Positions 9,905 to 20,061 of a stretch of 64,000 nucleotides of DNA are shown here, piece by piece. Source of the stretch: Candidatus Thorarchaeota archaeon (GTDB lineage: Archaea; Asgardarchaeota; Thorarchaeia; Thorarchaeales; Thorarchaeaceae). The notes under the pieces are model-generated. The model was not told the DNA's origin. It worked only from the letters and a program-made list of their open reading frames with translations, and searched no databases. The first letter of the stretch is position 1. Every line of letters begins with the position of its first letter. The stretch lies in the NCBI GenBank assembly GCA_011364985.1, contig RDOC01000006.1, forward strand, positions 1 through 64,000, read 5' to 3'. The translations under genes were made by a program, and so were the position numbers.

Positions 9905-10855
9905 CTAGTCTTTCCAGTCGAAGTTATCCAGTTCACTAATCCAAGTTCGGCCATGATAACTTCCAAGGGCACCGAGTACAAGTGTAATCAATAGCACTAC
10001 CGCCAAGTTCTGAGTTGCTTCAAATGCGCCCGCAAAGAACCAAAGCCAGAGACTCATTACTACAAACCAAGCAACAGCTATCCCTGTACCCGTCCATTGA
10101 TGAGTAGAACCACTTGGAATCTCTGATGAAACAGCTGCCATGATTAGAAGGAACGCAATTAGCGTCGAAATGAGCAGGACAGCTCCATTCTGATACGGCG
10201 TGTAGGGGGATGCATGGAACCAGAGCCAAAGCGTTAGAAAGCCCAACCATCCATAGAGAATGGTAATCGCCATGCCAACTCTGTGTTTACTTGGTTTCCA
10301 ACCACTCTCTGGAGCAATAGTAAGCCAAGAACCACCCAGAATCGCCGAAAGAACTACAAACGACAGAACCAGAATGGCATAACCCTGATAGAGTGGAATT
10401 CCAAAGTTCCTATAGAACGGAAGCCATAGAACGATGAAAGTCACCCAGCCTATGCCTAGTATGCTTGATAAACGCACACGCCATTCAGGAGGGCCCCACA
10501 TAACAGCATTTGTCATCCCTAACAGGATAAATAGGGAGGCAAGTATGATTCCCACATTCTCAAACAAAGTATATTCGATGGCAAAAAGGAAAAGCCAAAC
10601 AATAACAAACCCTATCCATGCAATAGCCAAGATTGCAGAGACCATTCCCTTCTGCTTCATGGCCCTTGGACTGTCGGCTCTATGCTCCCAACCCTCCATT
10701 CTCTGCTCAAATTCCTCAAGCTTCGTGGGCGTCTCTTCATCTTCGGGCAGGGCTTCATGACCCGATTCCTCATCATAAGCGGCATCTTTTGTGTCTGATT
10801 CCTCATCTTCGGGGGCATTGTCTGTACCCATCTCATCATCTTCAGGTCGTGTCAA
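9905..10855 (-). CDS. membrane protein with acidic N-terminus and four internal hairpin repeats
   Basis: Four copies of W-x-x-F/V-x-x-x-WL...[QE][NG]; about 8 TM segments. Confidence 0.75.
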   Translation of the reverse strand: MTRPEDDEMGTDNAPEDEESDTKDAAYDEESGHEALPEDEETPTKLEEFEQRMEGWEHRADSPRAMKQKGMVSAILAIAWIGFVIVWLFLFAIEYTLFENVGIILASLFILLGMTNAVMWGPPEWRVRLSSILGIGWVTFIVLWLPFYRNFGIPLYQGYAILVLSFVVLSAILGGSWLTIAPESGWKPSKHRVGMAITILYGWLGFLTLWLWFHASPYTPYQNGAVLLISTLIAFLLIMAAVSSEIPSGSTHQWTGTGIAVAWFVVMSLWLWFFAGAFEATQNLAVVLLITLVLGALGSYHGRTWISELDNFDWKD

Positions 10856-11025
10856 TTTGCTTTACTCCATCCGGTCAGAACCATCATTAGTGCAATAGTA
10901 CAGGACATCAGCGAATTGAAATCTCTTTCACAAGGTTACTTAAATTCCTTGCTAACAAAATGACCGCAAGACAAGTCTTAAGATAGCTTTCCATTCCGCA
11001 GATCTCAATCCAGAGGTGTCTTGCT

Positions 11026-11307
11026 TTGGCTTATTGTGTCTTAGTTCATGGTCCTTGCCGTGGTAATCTGTGCGACTTTTGGGCTAGAGTACGGATGAGA
11101 AAAGAAACAGTTGATTCCATTGCGCAAGATATTCTTCAATACATCAACAGTCATGACGGAAGGGGGGAAACTAGCATTCAGGACCTACTAAGTGACTACT
11201 GGAAGAAATTTGGCATAAGGAGTCGAAGTCTATTGTACGTGGAAGAACCCGGCCTGTGTGAAAAGATGTCCGAAATTGAACAACAAACTCTTTCTCAGCT
11301 TACCTAA
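11026..11307 (+). CDS. hypothetical protein
   Basis: 93-aa ORF with GAGGTG SD-like element upstream, filling the gap between convergent genes. Confidence 0.55.
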   Translation: MAYCVLVHGPCRGNLCDFWARVRMRKETVDSIAQDILQYINSHDGRGETSIQDLLSDYWKKFGIRSRSLLYVEEPGLCEKMSEIEQQTLSQLT

Positions 11308-12949
11308 ATGATTCAGGAATAGCAATCATGTTATCTCTGTTCAAAAGCCATTTTGGATCTAGGGCTTTCTTTACGGCCTGTATTTGGGCAATGCCTTCTT
11401 TGCCGTACATGACAAATAGGAAATCCTTCTTTAGCTTTCCAATGCCATGTTCTGCAGCCACAGAACCGCCCAGTTCGACAGCTTTCTTCGCAAAGGTCAT
11501 GTAATTGTCCATTCCCTGTTTAACCTCCTCATTATTGCGAGGCAGCATATTCACATGGAGATGATTGTCACCGATATGACCAAAAATCACATACTCCATG
11601 CCCTGTGCATCAAGCGTTTCGCGATAGAACTTGAGGTATTCTCTGAGAGCCTCGTCTGGTACGGCCATGTCTGTACCAATCTTGTGTACGTCGTGGTACT
11701 GTGCCTTGCGTTGCGCAATGAGTCCGTTAACGGTTTCGGGAACGAAATGACGGACGGTCTTCATCTTCTGGAGTTCTGCTCGATCCATTCCAGCCCAGCT
11801 GGATTCGGAGGAGCTGTTGTATTTGTTCAACACAGTCTCCAGACCCATGACCTTTTCTTCCATTGTTTCATCAGTATAATCGAACTCAAAGAATACGATT
11901 GCCTCTGTGTCATTGGACAGAGCAGGAACGGTTATCCCAGATGATGCGGCCTTCTCTTTTATCATCTCCAGAGCATTTGGTCCAAAGTATTCTAGAAAGT
12001 CCATCTGTACTGGGGAGTCAGCAGACCGAATATCATAAACAAAACCAATCGCATCATCTTCGCTCTTAAAGAATGCCATGACAGTCATGATATTCCTAGG
12101 GAGTTGCTCCAGACCAAGCTCAACCTCAGTAATAACACCGAGAATTCCTTCAGAACCGATGAATAGATCAATCAAGTCCATATCTGACCCACAAAAGAGA
12201 CCAGCAGCGTTCTTCGTCTTTGGCATAGAGTAGGTAGGAATAGCCAATTCCAAAATGTTGCCATCGCTCAGGACAATCTCGAATTTGCCATCTTTAGCAA
12301 AGAATCGCCCTCGTTCAATGTCAAGGATATCTCCATTCATAAGAACGACTTCTATTCTGTAAACCCAATTACGGACTGCTCCATACTTGAATGTCTTGGC
12401 GCCAGATGCATTGCAAGCAACGATACCGCCCAGCCAAGCACTTGTTTCGGTAGGGTCAACAGGGAATGAGAAATCATCGACCTCTGCGCGAAATCTCTCC
12501 AGTGCCTTCTGCTGTTCTGACGTTCCCTTTCCTTGGAGTTGATTAATATCCTTGGTCATGACAGCTTTTACCAAGTCCTCAAGAAGAACTCCAGACTGTG
12601 CGGCAATGGAATAGTGGCCACTCTTCTCATGGTAGTTTATGTAGAGAAGATCTGTCATTTTCTCAAGATTCAATGCAGTTCCTCCCAAGGGTACTGAGCC
12701 GCCAGTGAGGCCTGTGCGGCCGCCTTGAATGGTGACCGGTGTTCCTGCATCGGATGCTTCTTTGAGAATAGCCGCAACTTGGTCGGTGGTTTCGGGAAAC
12801 ACAAGCTTTTCAGCAGTCCCATCAAAAGAATGACTCTCATCATCCAGATAGAGAGCATAGGTATCGTTGATGACGTCTTGGTCAGATACTACTTTCATGT
12901 TTCCAATATCTGCGGGATTCGGTGCTCTTGCTTCGATACGAGGGGTCAT
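11300..12949 (-). CDS. FAD-binding oxidoreductase (GlcD/D-lactate dehydrogenase family)
   Basis: GGRTGLTGGSVP, FIGSEGILGVIT, FGHIGDNHLHVN and AEHGIGK motifs. Confidence 0.9.
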   Translation of the reverse strand: MTPRIEARAPNPADIGNMKVVSDQDVINDTYALYLDDESHSFDGTAEKLVFPETTDQVAAILKEASDAGTPVTIQGGRTGLTGGSVPLGGTALNLEKMTDLLYINYHEKSGHYSIAAQSGVLLEDLVKAVMTKDINQLQGKGTSEQQKALERFRAEVDDFSFPVDPTETSAWLGGIVACNASGAKTFKYGAVRNWVYRIEVVLMNGDILDIERGRFFAKDGKFEIVLSDGNILELAIPTYSMPKTKNAAGLFCGSDMDLIDLFIGSEGILGVITEVELGLEQLPRNIMTVMAFFKSEDDAIGFVYDIRSADSPVQMDFLEYFGPNALEMIKEKAASSGITVPALSNDTEAIVFFEFDYTDETMEEKVMGLETVLNKYNSSSESSWAGMDRAELQKMKTVRHFVPETVNGLIAQRKAQYHDVHKIGTDMAVPDEALREYLKFYRETLDAQGMEYVIFGHIGDNHLHVNMLPRNNEEVKQGMDNYMTFAKKAVELGGSVAAEHGIGKLKKDFLFVMYGKEGIAQIQAVKKALDPKWLLNRDNMIAIPESFR

Positions 12950-13045
12950 TCATCTTTGCCTCTTGGGTGTATTAGGCATAAGAGAGGGGGAGGTTTATAT
13001 CAAAGATTTGGTATGTTCGCTGGATCAAGGACCGATGATTGTTAA

Positions 13046-13351
13046 TTGGACAAACTTGGGCATCATGGCGAAGAAATCCGTTCACCTACGGCAGTAGCCC
13101 TAGTTGGAATGCGCATGATATTCCGTGCAGCATTCACATCAGGATGTTCGATGATCTCTCGATGGAAGCGGCCAAAGAGTCGATTCACTTCAGAGTGGGA
13201 TATCCACGATGGTTACCGAGTGTTCTGAGACAGTGGATGTGTTCCTGAGACTCTCAACGTCGGATGGTCCTAGTGCATACATCCAGTCTCCGAGCAGCCT
13301 ATGATATATAGAACATGGTCATAGTTCAAGTAGATGTCTAACTTTGTCCCA
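13046..13351 (-). mobile_element. internally deleted, degenerate IS607-family element (TnpA N-terminus joined to TnpB C-terminus)
   Basis: From ATG 13322: MTMFYIS*AARRLDVCTRTIRR*ESQEHIHCLRTLGNHR, a frameshift, then ISHSEVNRLFG...HPDVNAARNIMRI. Imperfect inverted ends at 13046-13063 and 13334-13351 (14/18). Confidence 0.75.
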
Positions 13352-13498
13352 TTTCTATACAGCTATCACCAAATCTTCCAACGTCAGTTCTGAATCGACA
13401 CAATCGAAGACATTCTACGGCAGATTAATGAGTCGGACAGCAGTGCCCTACAAACGCCTTGGTTTGTTAGGCCAAAATAAAAGGGTGCGAAACAGAGG

Positions 13499-14896
13499 AT
13501 GAGGCGACCGGGAGATGAAGTCTTTGCGGCGATTGTTGTTACAATAATGGCAATTGTTGCCCTAGTTCTCACAGCTGTATTTCGAGAATTAGGGATAGCA
13601 GTCCTCATTGTGTTCATTGGAACCTATGCTCTCATAAGTACAGAAAGGATAAACAGAACGGCAATGTCACTCCTCGGATTGGCAATTGCTGGCATTGTCA
13701 TCTGGGCTGGCTTTGTCATTGGCCTTTCAGGTGGAGCCGAGTTCGAAGACCTGATAACACACATTGAATGGACAACAATCATTTTCGTCATTGCTATGAG
13801 TGTGATTGTTTCTGTTGCTGCTTCTTCGGGGCTATTTCAGTATATTGCGCTACGGATAGCAGCTCCATCGGGAGGCAACCACAAAAGGCTATTCACGACT
13901 TTCCTAGTTTTTGTGGCCGGAATAAGCTTGTTTTTCGACACCGTTTCAACAATGCTAATAATCGCTCCACTCACCATAGAGATTTGTAAGGCACTTGAAA
14001 TCGATTTCAAGCCATTCTTGGTATCAGAAGCGATAGTCTCCAACTTCGCATCTATCCCATCTATTGTAGGAGCTGTGCCGAATCTTGTTATTGCAGGGGT
14101 CACAAAACTCGATGTGGGTTTTCTATTCATTACATTCATGCCACTCATGATAATCCTCTTCTTAATCAGCTGGAGAATTCTATTGAAGTGGTACGACGCT
14201 TCACTCTCGGGAAAGACGGATGAATATAGAGCTGATGCAGTGCTCAGCATAGACCCCACGACACTAATCAAGAATCGATGGGACTTCAATGTTTCAGTGG
14301 TTGCTATTGTTCTTCTTGTGGTGGGTTTTGCCTTTGGTCCAGCCTTCGGAGTTGTACCACCAATGGTAGCTCTCTTGGTGGCTTCGTTTATGCTTCTTCT
14401 AGCTCATGAGAAAGCGAATGAGTTTCTCAACCGGGTCGGATGGCCAACCGTCTTCTTTCTTGTAGGGCTATTTGGATTAGTTGTTGCATTGGAGCTAACA
14501 GGGTTAATAGATGCACTTGGCACTCTCATTGGCGATATAGTAGGTGATAATGCTGTATTTGCCACTGTCTTCCTTGTTTGGATTCCTGCAATGCTGTCTG
14601 CATTCTTGGACAACCTACCGGTTTCAGCAGTTCTCGCACCCATCGCACTGAACCTCATGGAACTAGGTGTCAGTCCAGTCTTGCCATTGGCTCTTGTGTT
14701 TGCAGTGAACATTGGGGGGTATATCTTCACTCCACTTGGATCTCCAGCCAACATGGTGGCAATTGGCCTATCTGAAGCTGAACATGATCCGATACCCTTC
14801 ATGGATTTTGTAAAAATCGGCACAATTCTCGGAATGGTCCATTTGATGATCGGCAGCGGCTATCTGCTCTTCATTATGTTTATTATGGGCATGTGA
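13499..14896 (+). CDS. ArsB/NhaD/SLC13 (ion transporter superfamily) permease
   Basis: ERINRT, SAFLDNLP and FTPLGSPANMV motifs; multi-TM. Confidence 0.85.
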   Translation: MRRPGDEVFAAIVVTIMAIVALVLTAVFRELGIAVLIVFIGTYALISTERINRTAMSLLGLAIAGIVIWAGFVIGLSGGAEFEDLITHIEWTTIIFVIAMSVIVSVAASSGLFQYIALRIAAPSGGNHKRLFTTFLVFVAGISLFFDTVSTMLIIAPLTIEICKALEIDFKPFLVSEAIVSNFASIPSIVGAVPNLVIAGVTKLDVGFLFITFMPLMIILFLISWRILLKWYDASLSGKTDEYRADAVLSIDPTTLIKNRWDFNVSVVAIVLLVVGFAFGPAFGVVPPMVALLVASFMLLLAHEKANEFLNRVGWPTVFFLVGLFGLVVALELTGLIDALGTLIGDIVGDNAVFATVFLVWIPAMLSAFLDNLPVSAVLAPIALNLMELGVSPVLPLALVFAVNIGGYIFTPLGSPANMVAIGLSEAEHDPIPFMDFVKIGTILGMVHLMIGSGYLLFIMFIMGM

Positions 14897-15018
14897 GGCA
14901 TTGAAGCGTCTGTTTGACGGGAATGATAGGAAGCAGGTTAAATAGACCCTTGCATGTCTCTAATACGTGTCGGTCTACGAAGTCAGAGTAGGAACCGATT
15001 TGTCGTAGTAAACAAAAG

Positions 15019-16320
15019 TTGGTAATGAAAATCATGCAAGTACAGCTGGACCCTATTGCAGGGATTGTTCTCCTAGTCTTTGTTGGCACATACTTAGCAA
15101 TATCCTCCGAGAAAGTCAATAGAACAGCGACGGCGCTTCTTGGCATGGGAGTGGTTGGGATTGTGCTCTGGACAGCAGGAACTGATTTCCAGATGGTCGT
15201 AGAACACATCGAGTGGAATACTGTGCTCTTCGTAACAAGCATGATGATTATTGTGACTATTGCTGCTTCTTCAGGAATGTTTCAATACATGGCTATTGAA
15301 CTAACCCGCCCGACTCAAGGAGACACGAGGCGTCTGTTCGTCTACCTGTTGGCATTTGTATTTGTCATCTCGCTCTTCTTTGACACGACTTCTACAATTC
15401 TGGTCATGGCACCAGTCACCATTGAACTCTGCAAAGCCCTAGAGATTGATTTCCGCCCGTTTCTAATAGCTGAAGCGATTACATGCAATTTCGCATCAAT
15501 ACCTTCCATTGTAGGTGCAGTACCAAATCTCGTAATCGCAGATGAGGCACAGATTTCCCCAGGATTATTGTTCGAGAGTCTAATGCCGCTATCGATTATT
15601 CTCTTTATTATATCAATACCAGTCTTTCTGAAGGTTTTCGAAGAGAAACTTGTCCGATCTGAGGACCATCTCATATCTGAGATGATGTTGATTGACCCCC
15701 AGTACATGATCAGATCTCGTAGAGACTTCTATCTCTCTCTGATTGCGATGTCCATGTTAGTACTCGGTTTCATGATAGGCCCCAGCGCAGGATTTGAAGC
15801 CTCGATGATAGCAATCACAGTTGCTGCCGGTCTTCTATTGCTATGTCGGGAACGGGTCGATGAGATACTTAAACGCGTAAACTGGGGCACAGTCTTTTTC
15901 CTTATAGGCCTCTTTGGACTAGTGGCTGCTCTAAGAATCACTCACATTGTTGAAGCACTGGGATTTATTATAGGTGGGCTGATTCAAGACAATGAGATGA
16001 TTGGGATTATATTCATGACATGGGTTCCTGCTATCCTTTCAGCTGTAATTGATAATATTCCAATCTCGGCTGTCCTTGCACCTATTGCCACACAATTCTC
16101 CACTATGCCACTTCTTCCGATAGCGCTTCTCTTTGCTGTGAATACGGGTGGTTTCCTTTTGCCAATTGGAGCCCCGGCCAACATACTAGCAATAGCCTTT
16201 GCTGAAAAGGAGCACCAGCCAATTAGTCTACTCGACTTCGCAAAGATTGCCACACCGATGGCGATTCTTATGCTAGGCGTCGGAACGGGATGGCTTTTGC
16301 TCCTAAGCATTTTTGTCTAG
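15019..16320 (+). CDS. ArsB/NhaD/SLC13 permease, tandem paralog
   Basis: EKVNRT, SAVIDNIP and LPIGAPANI; shares NFASIPSIVGAVPNLVIA with the upstream gene. Confidence 0.85.
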   Translation: MVMKIMQVQLDPIAGIVLLVFVGTYLAISSEKVNRTATALLGMGVVGIVLWTAGTDFQMVVEHIEWNTVLFVTSMMIIVTIAASSGMFQYMAIELTRPTQGDTRRLFVYLLAFVFVISLFFDTTSTILVMAPVTIELCKALEIDFRPFLIAEAITCNFASIPSIVGAVPNLVIADEAQISPGLLFESLMPLSIILFIISIPVFLKVFEEKLVRSEDHLISEMMLIDPQYMIRSRRDFYLSLIAMSMLVLGFMIGPSAGFEASMIAITVAAGLLLLCRERVDEILKRVNWGTVFFLIGLFGLVAALRITHIVEALGFIIGGLIQDNEMIGIIFMTWVPAILSAVIDNIPISAVLAPIATQFSTMPLLPIALLFAVNTGGFLLPIGAPANILAIAFAEKEHQPISLLDFAKIATPMAILMLGVGTGWLLLLSIFV

Positions 16321-16526
16321 GATTGAGACGGCGCCCTACACACGTCAATTAGTCGGGAAGACAAATTCAACGGAAGCAGGATGCTAAAGCATGCTTACTC
16401 CCGAAACCTATTAGCTGTTTTGCAACGACAGAAGTGCTTTTACAAAATACCCATTCTTATTAGACAGATGCTGATGGTGGCATATGATACCGATTTCCAT
16501 AGTCGCTTGGTAGTGGTGAAGCCTGT

Positions 16527-17042
16527 ATGCCGAAACGATCTCGATGTCCGTATTGTGACCGTTTGTTCAACAGAGACATATTGGATGAACACATACGAAA
16601 GTGTAAGAAACAGTCACACACCACCTCTTCGGACGCCAGAATTTTGAAACGAAGGATTTTGATTGTAGACGGGAACAATGTTGCATATCACCTTGCCCCC
16701 AGAGGCAAGCCCAGAGTCGCGAATTTACTGCTTGCCTATCGGAGCCTTCTGAGTTCGGGCTTCAAACCCTTGATTGTGGTATCTTCCGCCTTGGCGCATA
16801 AGATAGACAGGCCAGATAGTTTGCGAGAGTTGATAGACAGAGGCATGGTTGTTGAGGCTCCCAGAGGAACAAATGATGACCTCACAATTATTGAGAGAGC
16901 TAGAGAGAAGGACGCGAACATTGTCAGCAATGATAGATTCCTAGACTGGACCGAGAGATACCCTTGGATAGTTTCTAGATTGAAAAGATACAGAATGACA
17001 CCAACAGGATTGATTCTAGTCAGAACCCATCAAAAGCGTTAA
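16527..17042 (+). CDS. C2HC zinc finger plus NYN/PIN (Zc3h12a-like) ribonuclease
   Basis: CPYC-x11-H-x3-C finger; IVDGNNVAY, DDLTII and IVSNDRF catalytic motifs. Confidence 0.8.
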   Translation: MPKRSRCPYCDRLFNRDILDEHIRKCKKQSHTTSSDARILKRRILIVDGNNVAYHLAPRGKPRVANLLLAYRSLLSSGFKPLIVVSSALAHKIDRPDSLRELIDRGMVVEAPRGTNDDLTIIERAREKDANIVSNDRFLDWTERYPWIVSRLKRYRMTPTGLILVRTHQKR

Positions 17043-17094
17043 AATCGTTCAACGAATGGCGCTTTGAAGTGTTAAACGAGGATGGTGACAGAAG

Positions 17095-18873
17095 ATGCGC
17101 ATAAACGAACTCAGACAGATTTACCTTAGGTTCTTCAAGGAGCGAGAACATAAAACCATCCGTTCATCATCTCTTCTACCTGAGCACGATGCAACAGCTC
17201 TATTCACCATGGCAGGAATGCACCCGCTCATGCCATTTCTTCTTGGACAGCCACATCCGCAAGGTACCAGGCTTGTAAACGTACAGAAATGCATCCGAAT
17301 GACCGATATTGATGAAGTGGGAGACACGACACATCTTACATTCTTTGAAATGCTTGGCAATTGGAGCTTGGGAGACTATTGGAAGAAGGAGGCCATCACT
17401 TGGAGTTTCGAGTTTCTGACTTCGCCCGAATGGCTTGGGTTCAACAAGGAGAAGTTGTTTGTTACTGTTTTTGAGGGTGATGATGATGCCCCCAAAGACA
17501 CAGAAGCAATTGAGATTTGGAAAAGCGTGGGCATTCCAGAGAAACAAATCTATCCGCTCCCTAAGAGCGAGAATTGGTGGGGACCGCCGGGCGTTGTAGG
17601 CCCATGTGGTCCCTGCTCTGAAATGTTCATTGAAACCGATGATATTCCTAAATGCAGCCCTAAGTGTAGGCCGGGTTGTCATTGTGGACATTTCGTTGAG
17701 GTCTGGAATGATGTTTTCATGGAGTATAATCGGAAGGATGATGGTTCGTACGAGAAACTCAAGAGAAGGAATATTGACACTGGTATGGGAGTCGAACGAA
17801 CAGCAGCGATGCTGCAAGGAGTATCAACGGTTTATGAAACAGAAGCGTTTGTCCCCATGATTAATCGCATCAAGGATTTGGCTAGGAAGGACGAGCTGAT
17901 TGCGGAAGAGATGAGACTTGCTAGGATAATTGCAGATCATGTGAAGGCTGCCGTAATGATAATGGCCGACGATGCCCAAATTGCACCCTCTAATGTTGAG
18001 CACGGGTATATTGCACGAAGATTAATCAGAAAAGCCATTCTTTGCGCGGACAATTTGGGAATTGGCAAGGGGTTTCTGCAAAATCTGGCAGAGATTGTTA
18101 TCGATATGTACGAAGATATCTATGATGAGGTCAGGAGGAATTGTCAGTTCGTCATAGATAATCTCAGGGCAGAGGACACCAAGTTCAGAAACACACTGAA
18201 AAAGGCTCTTCGGAGGTTTGATCGCATCCTCAATGAAACGGGCACAATAACCGGCTCTGATGCCTTTCTTCTCTTTACAAGCTTTGGATTGCCACTTGAG
18301 ATGACAAGAGAACTTGCCCAAGAGAAAGGAATTTGGATAGACATTGATGAGTTCAGAAGACAATTCGAAGAGCACAGAGAGATGTCAAGGACTGCAACTG
18401 AAGGGAAGTTCAAGGGAGGCTTAGCTGACTATAGCGAAGAAATAACTAGGATGCATACAGCTACTCATCTTTTACAGGCTGCTTTGCGAAAGGTCCTTGG
18501 TGATGGAGTGCACCAGATGGGCAGTAATATAACGAAAGAACGCCTAAGATTCGATTTCTCCTTCTCTCGTAAAATGACTCCAGAGGAAATCGCAGAAGTT
18601 GAGAAGCTTGTAAACGAAGTGATTCAGCAGGACCTTCCAGTCGAACGTAGTTTCATGAGTTATGATGAAGCGATTGGTAAGGGCGCTCTGGCATTCTTCA
18701 AAGAGACGTATGGCGAGGAGGTCTCCGTCTATTCAGTTGGCGACTTTAGCATGGAACTCTGTGGAGGACCGCATGTTGAACGAACAGGAGTTCTACGAGG
18801 TTTCAAGATAACGAAGCAGAGGAAGATAGGAGCCAATGTAGTACGGGTACGTGCGATAATTTGCAATGCATGA
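17095..18873 (+). CDS. alaS: alanine--tRNA ligase (short form without C-Ala)
   Basis: LFTMAGM, QKCIR, TFFEMLGNWS and IDTGMGVER; editing motifs HTATH and ELCGGPH. Confidence 0.96.
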   Translation: MRINELRQIYLRFFKEREHKTIRSSSLLPEHDATALFTMAGMHPLMPFLLGQPHPQGTRLVNVQKCIRMTDIDEVGDTTHLTFFEMLGNWSLGDYWKKEAITWSFEFLTSPEWLGFNKEKLFVTVFEGDDDAPKDTEAIEIWKSVGIPEKQIYPLPKSENWWGPPGVVGPCGPCSEMFIETDDIPKCSPKCRPGCHCGHFVEVWNDVFMEYNRKDDGSYEKLKRRNIDTGMGVERTAAMLQGVSTVYETEAFVPMINRIKDLARKDELIAEEMRLARIIADHVKAAVMIMADDAQIAPSNVEHGYIARRLIRKAILCADNLGIGKGFLQNLAEIVIDMYEDIYDEVRRNCQFVIDNLRAEDTKFRNTLKKALRRFDRILNETGTITGSDAFLLFTSFGLPLEMTRELAQEKGIWIDIDEFRRQFEEHREMSRTATEGKFKGGLADYSEEITRMHTATHLLQAALRKVLGDGVHQMGSNITKERLRFDFSFSRKMTPEEIAEVEKLVNEVIQQDLPVERSFMSYDEAIGKGALAFFKETYGEEVSVYSVGDFSMELCGGPHVERTGVLRGFKITKQRKIGANVVRVRAIICNA

Positions 18874-18932
18874 TGCTAAACGTAAGGTCTATTTGTTTGA
18901 CTGCAGATGCTATCAATAGGTGCGGTAAATAG

Positions 18933-19367
18933 ATGCAGAGAAGGACAGGACCCAAGGTAGCAGCAGGGAAATGCGCAGTGCTATGTTTTTTCACGATATG
19001 GATTGGAACAGTTCTTGGCTTTGGTGTATTTGCCATTCCTTCAATGCCCTTCCCGTTCTCCCTGATTCCAATTGGCATGGCAATCTTTGGTTTCATACTT
19101 TGTATTGGAGTTCTGACGAGTAGTTCTAGAACGGCTGAACCTGTTGGTGTGGGTTCCGGATATTCTATAAGTACCACAGGCGATGCGATGTATGCGGATA
19201 GAAGAAGATCATATTCTCCCCGAAGAAAAGTGGTGTTTCAGGTACCTCCTATGTGTCCTTCCTGTGGCGCTCCACTTAGTACCGAAAGCGTTGAATGGGT
19301 TGGACCCCTAGAATGTCAATGCCCGTATTGCTTCGCAACTGTGGAGGCAGAAGAGAGAGAACTATGA
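18933..19367 (+). CDS. two-TM protein with C-terminal zinc ribbon
   Basis: Two hydrophobic helices, then CPSCG...CPYC. Confidence 0.7.
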   Translation: MQRRTGPKVAAGKCAVLCFFTIWIGTVLGFGVFAIPSMPFPFSLIPIGMAIFGFILCIGVLTSSSRTAEPVGVGSGYSISTTGDAMYADRRRSYSPRRKVVFQVPPMCPSCGAPLSTESVEWVGPLECQCPYCFATVEAEEREL

Positions 19368-19383
19368 AAAATCGAGGTGAGCT

Positions 19384-20049
19384 GTGTTGGGTACATTTTC
19401 CCGAATATTCGGTCTAGGAGATAAGAAACTGCAAGGACAAGCAGATGAACTCCTACTAGACCTGAGTAAGGCTCTGCAATCAGCTAGTGCCAAGTTGAAC
19501 GTGTGTGCAGAAGATTGGTGCGAAGGAAAGCAAGAGCATCTCAATGAGTTAGAAGAGGAGATCATTACTCTGGAGAGGGAGGCGGACAGAATTAAAGACG
19601 AGCTCTTCGAGAAGATATTCTCAAAGCGGGCATATCTCCCACAGCAAACGCAGGAAAGGCATCAGCTTGTGGTGCACACGGACAGCGTCATCGACGCTGT
19701 TGAAGAAGCTGTCCGAGTGATGCTTGTTGGGCGCAAGTACAAACCACCCTCGAAAATCCATAAGATTGCAGAAAAATGCTGGATTTGTACTGACCATCTG
19801 CAAGACGCCATCAAGTATCTCTTTGAGGATTTTGGAAAGGCCATCGAATGTACAATAAAGATAGACAGAGTGAGAGAAGAGGCTAGGGACATACAATTCG
19901 AATTGTTGGACGACCTTTTCAACAAAGAGAAATGGAGTCCGAAAGAGGTGACACTCTTTCGTGCAATCTCCGAAAGAATTCTCAAGGTGGCAATAATGTC
20001 TGAACAGACTGCTGATTTCATCAGGACCCTTGCCGTAAAATACTCATAG
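19384..20049 (+). CDS. DUF47 / PhoU-like phosphate transport regulator
   Basis: LEREADRIK...DSVIDAVE helical duplication; directly upstream of PiT. Confidence 0.85.
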   Translation: MLGTFSRIFGLGDKKLQGQADELLLDLSKALQSASAKLNVCAEDWCEGKQEHLNELEEEIITLEREADRIKDELFEKIFSKRAYLPQQTQERHQLVVHTDSVIDAVEEAVRVMLVGRKYKPPSKIHKIAEKCWICTDHLQDAIKYLFEDFGKAIECTIKIDRVREEARDIQFELLDDLFNKEKWSPKEVTLFRAISERILKVAIMSEQTADFIRTLAVKYS

Positions 20050-20061
20050 CCAGAGGAGCCG

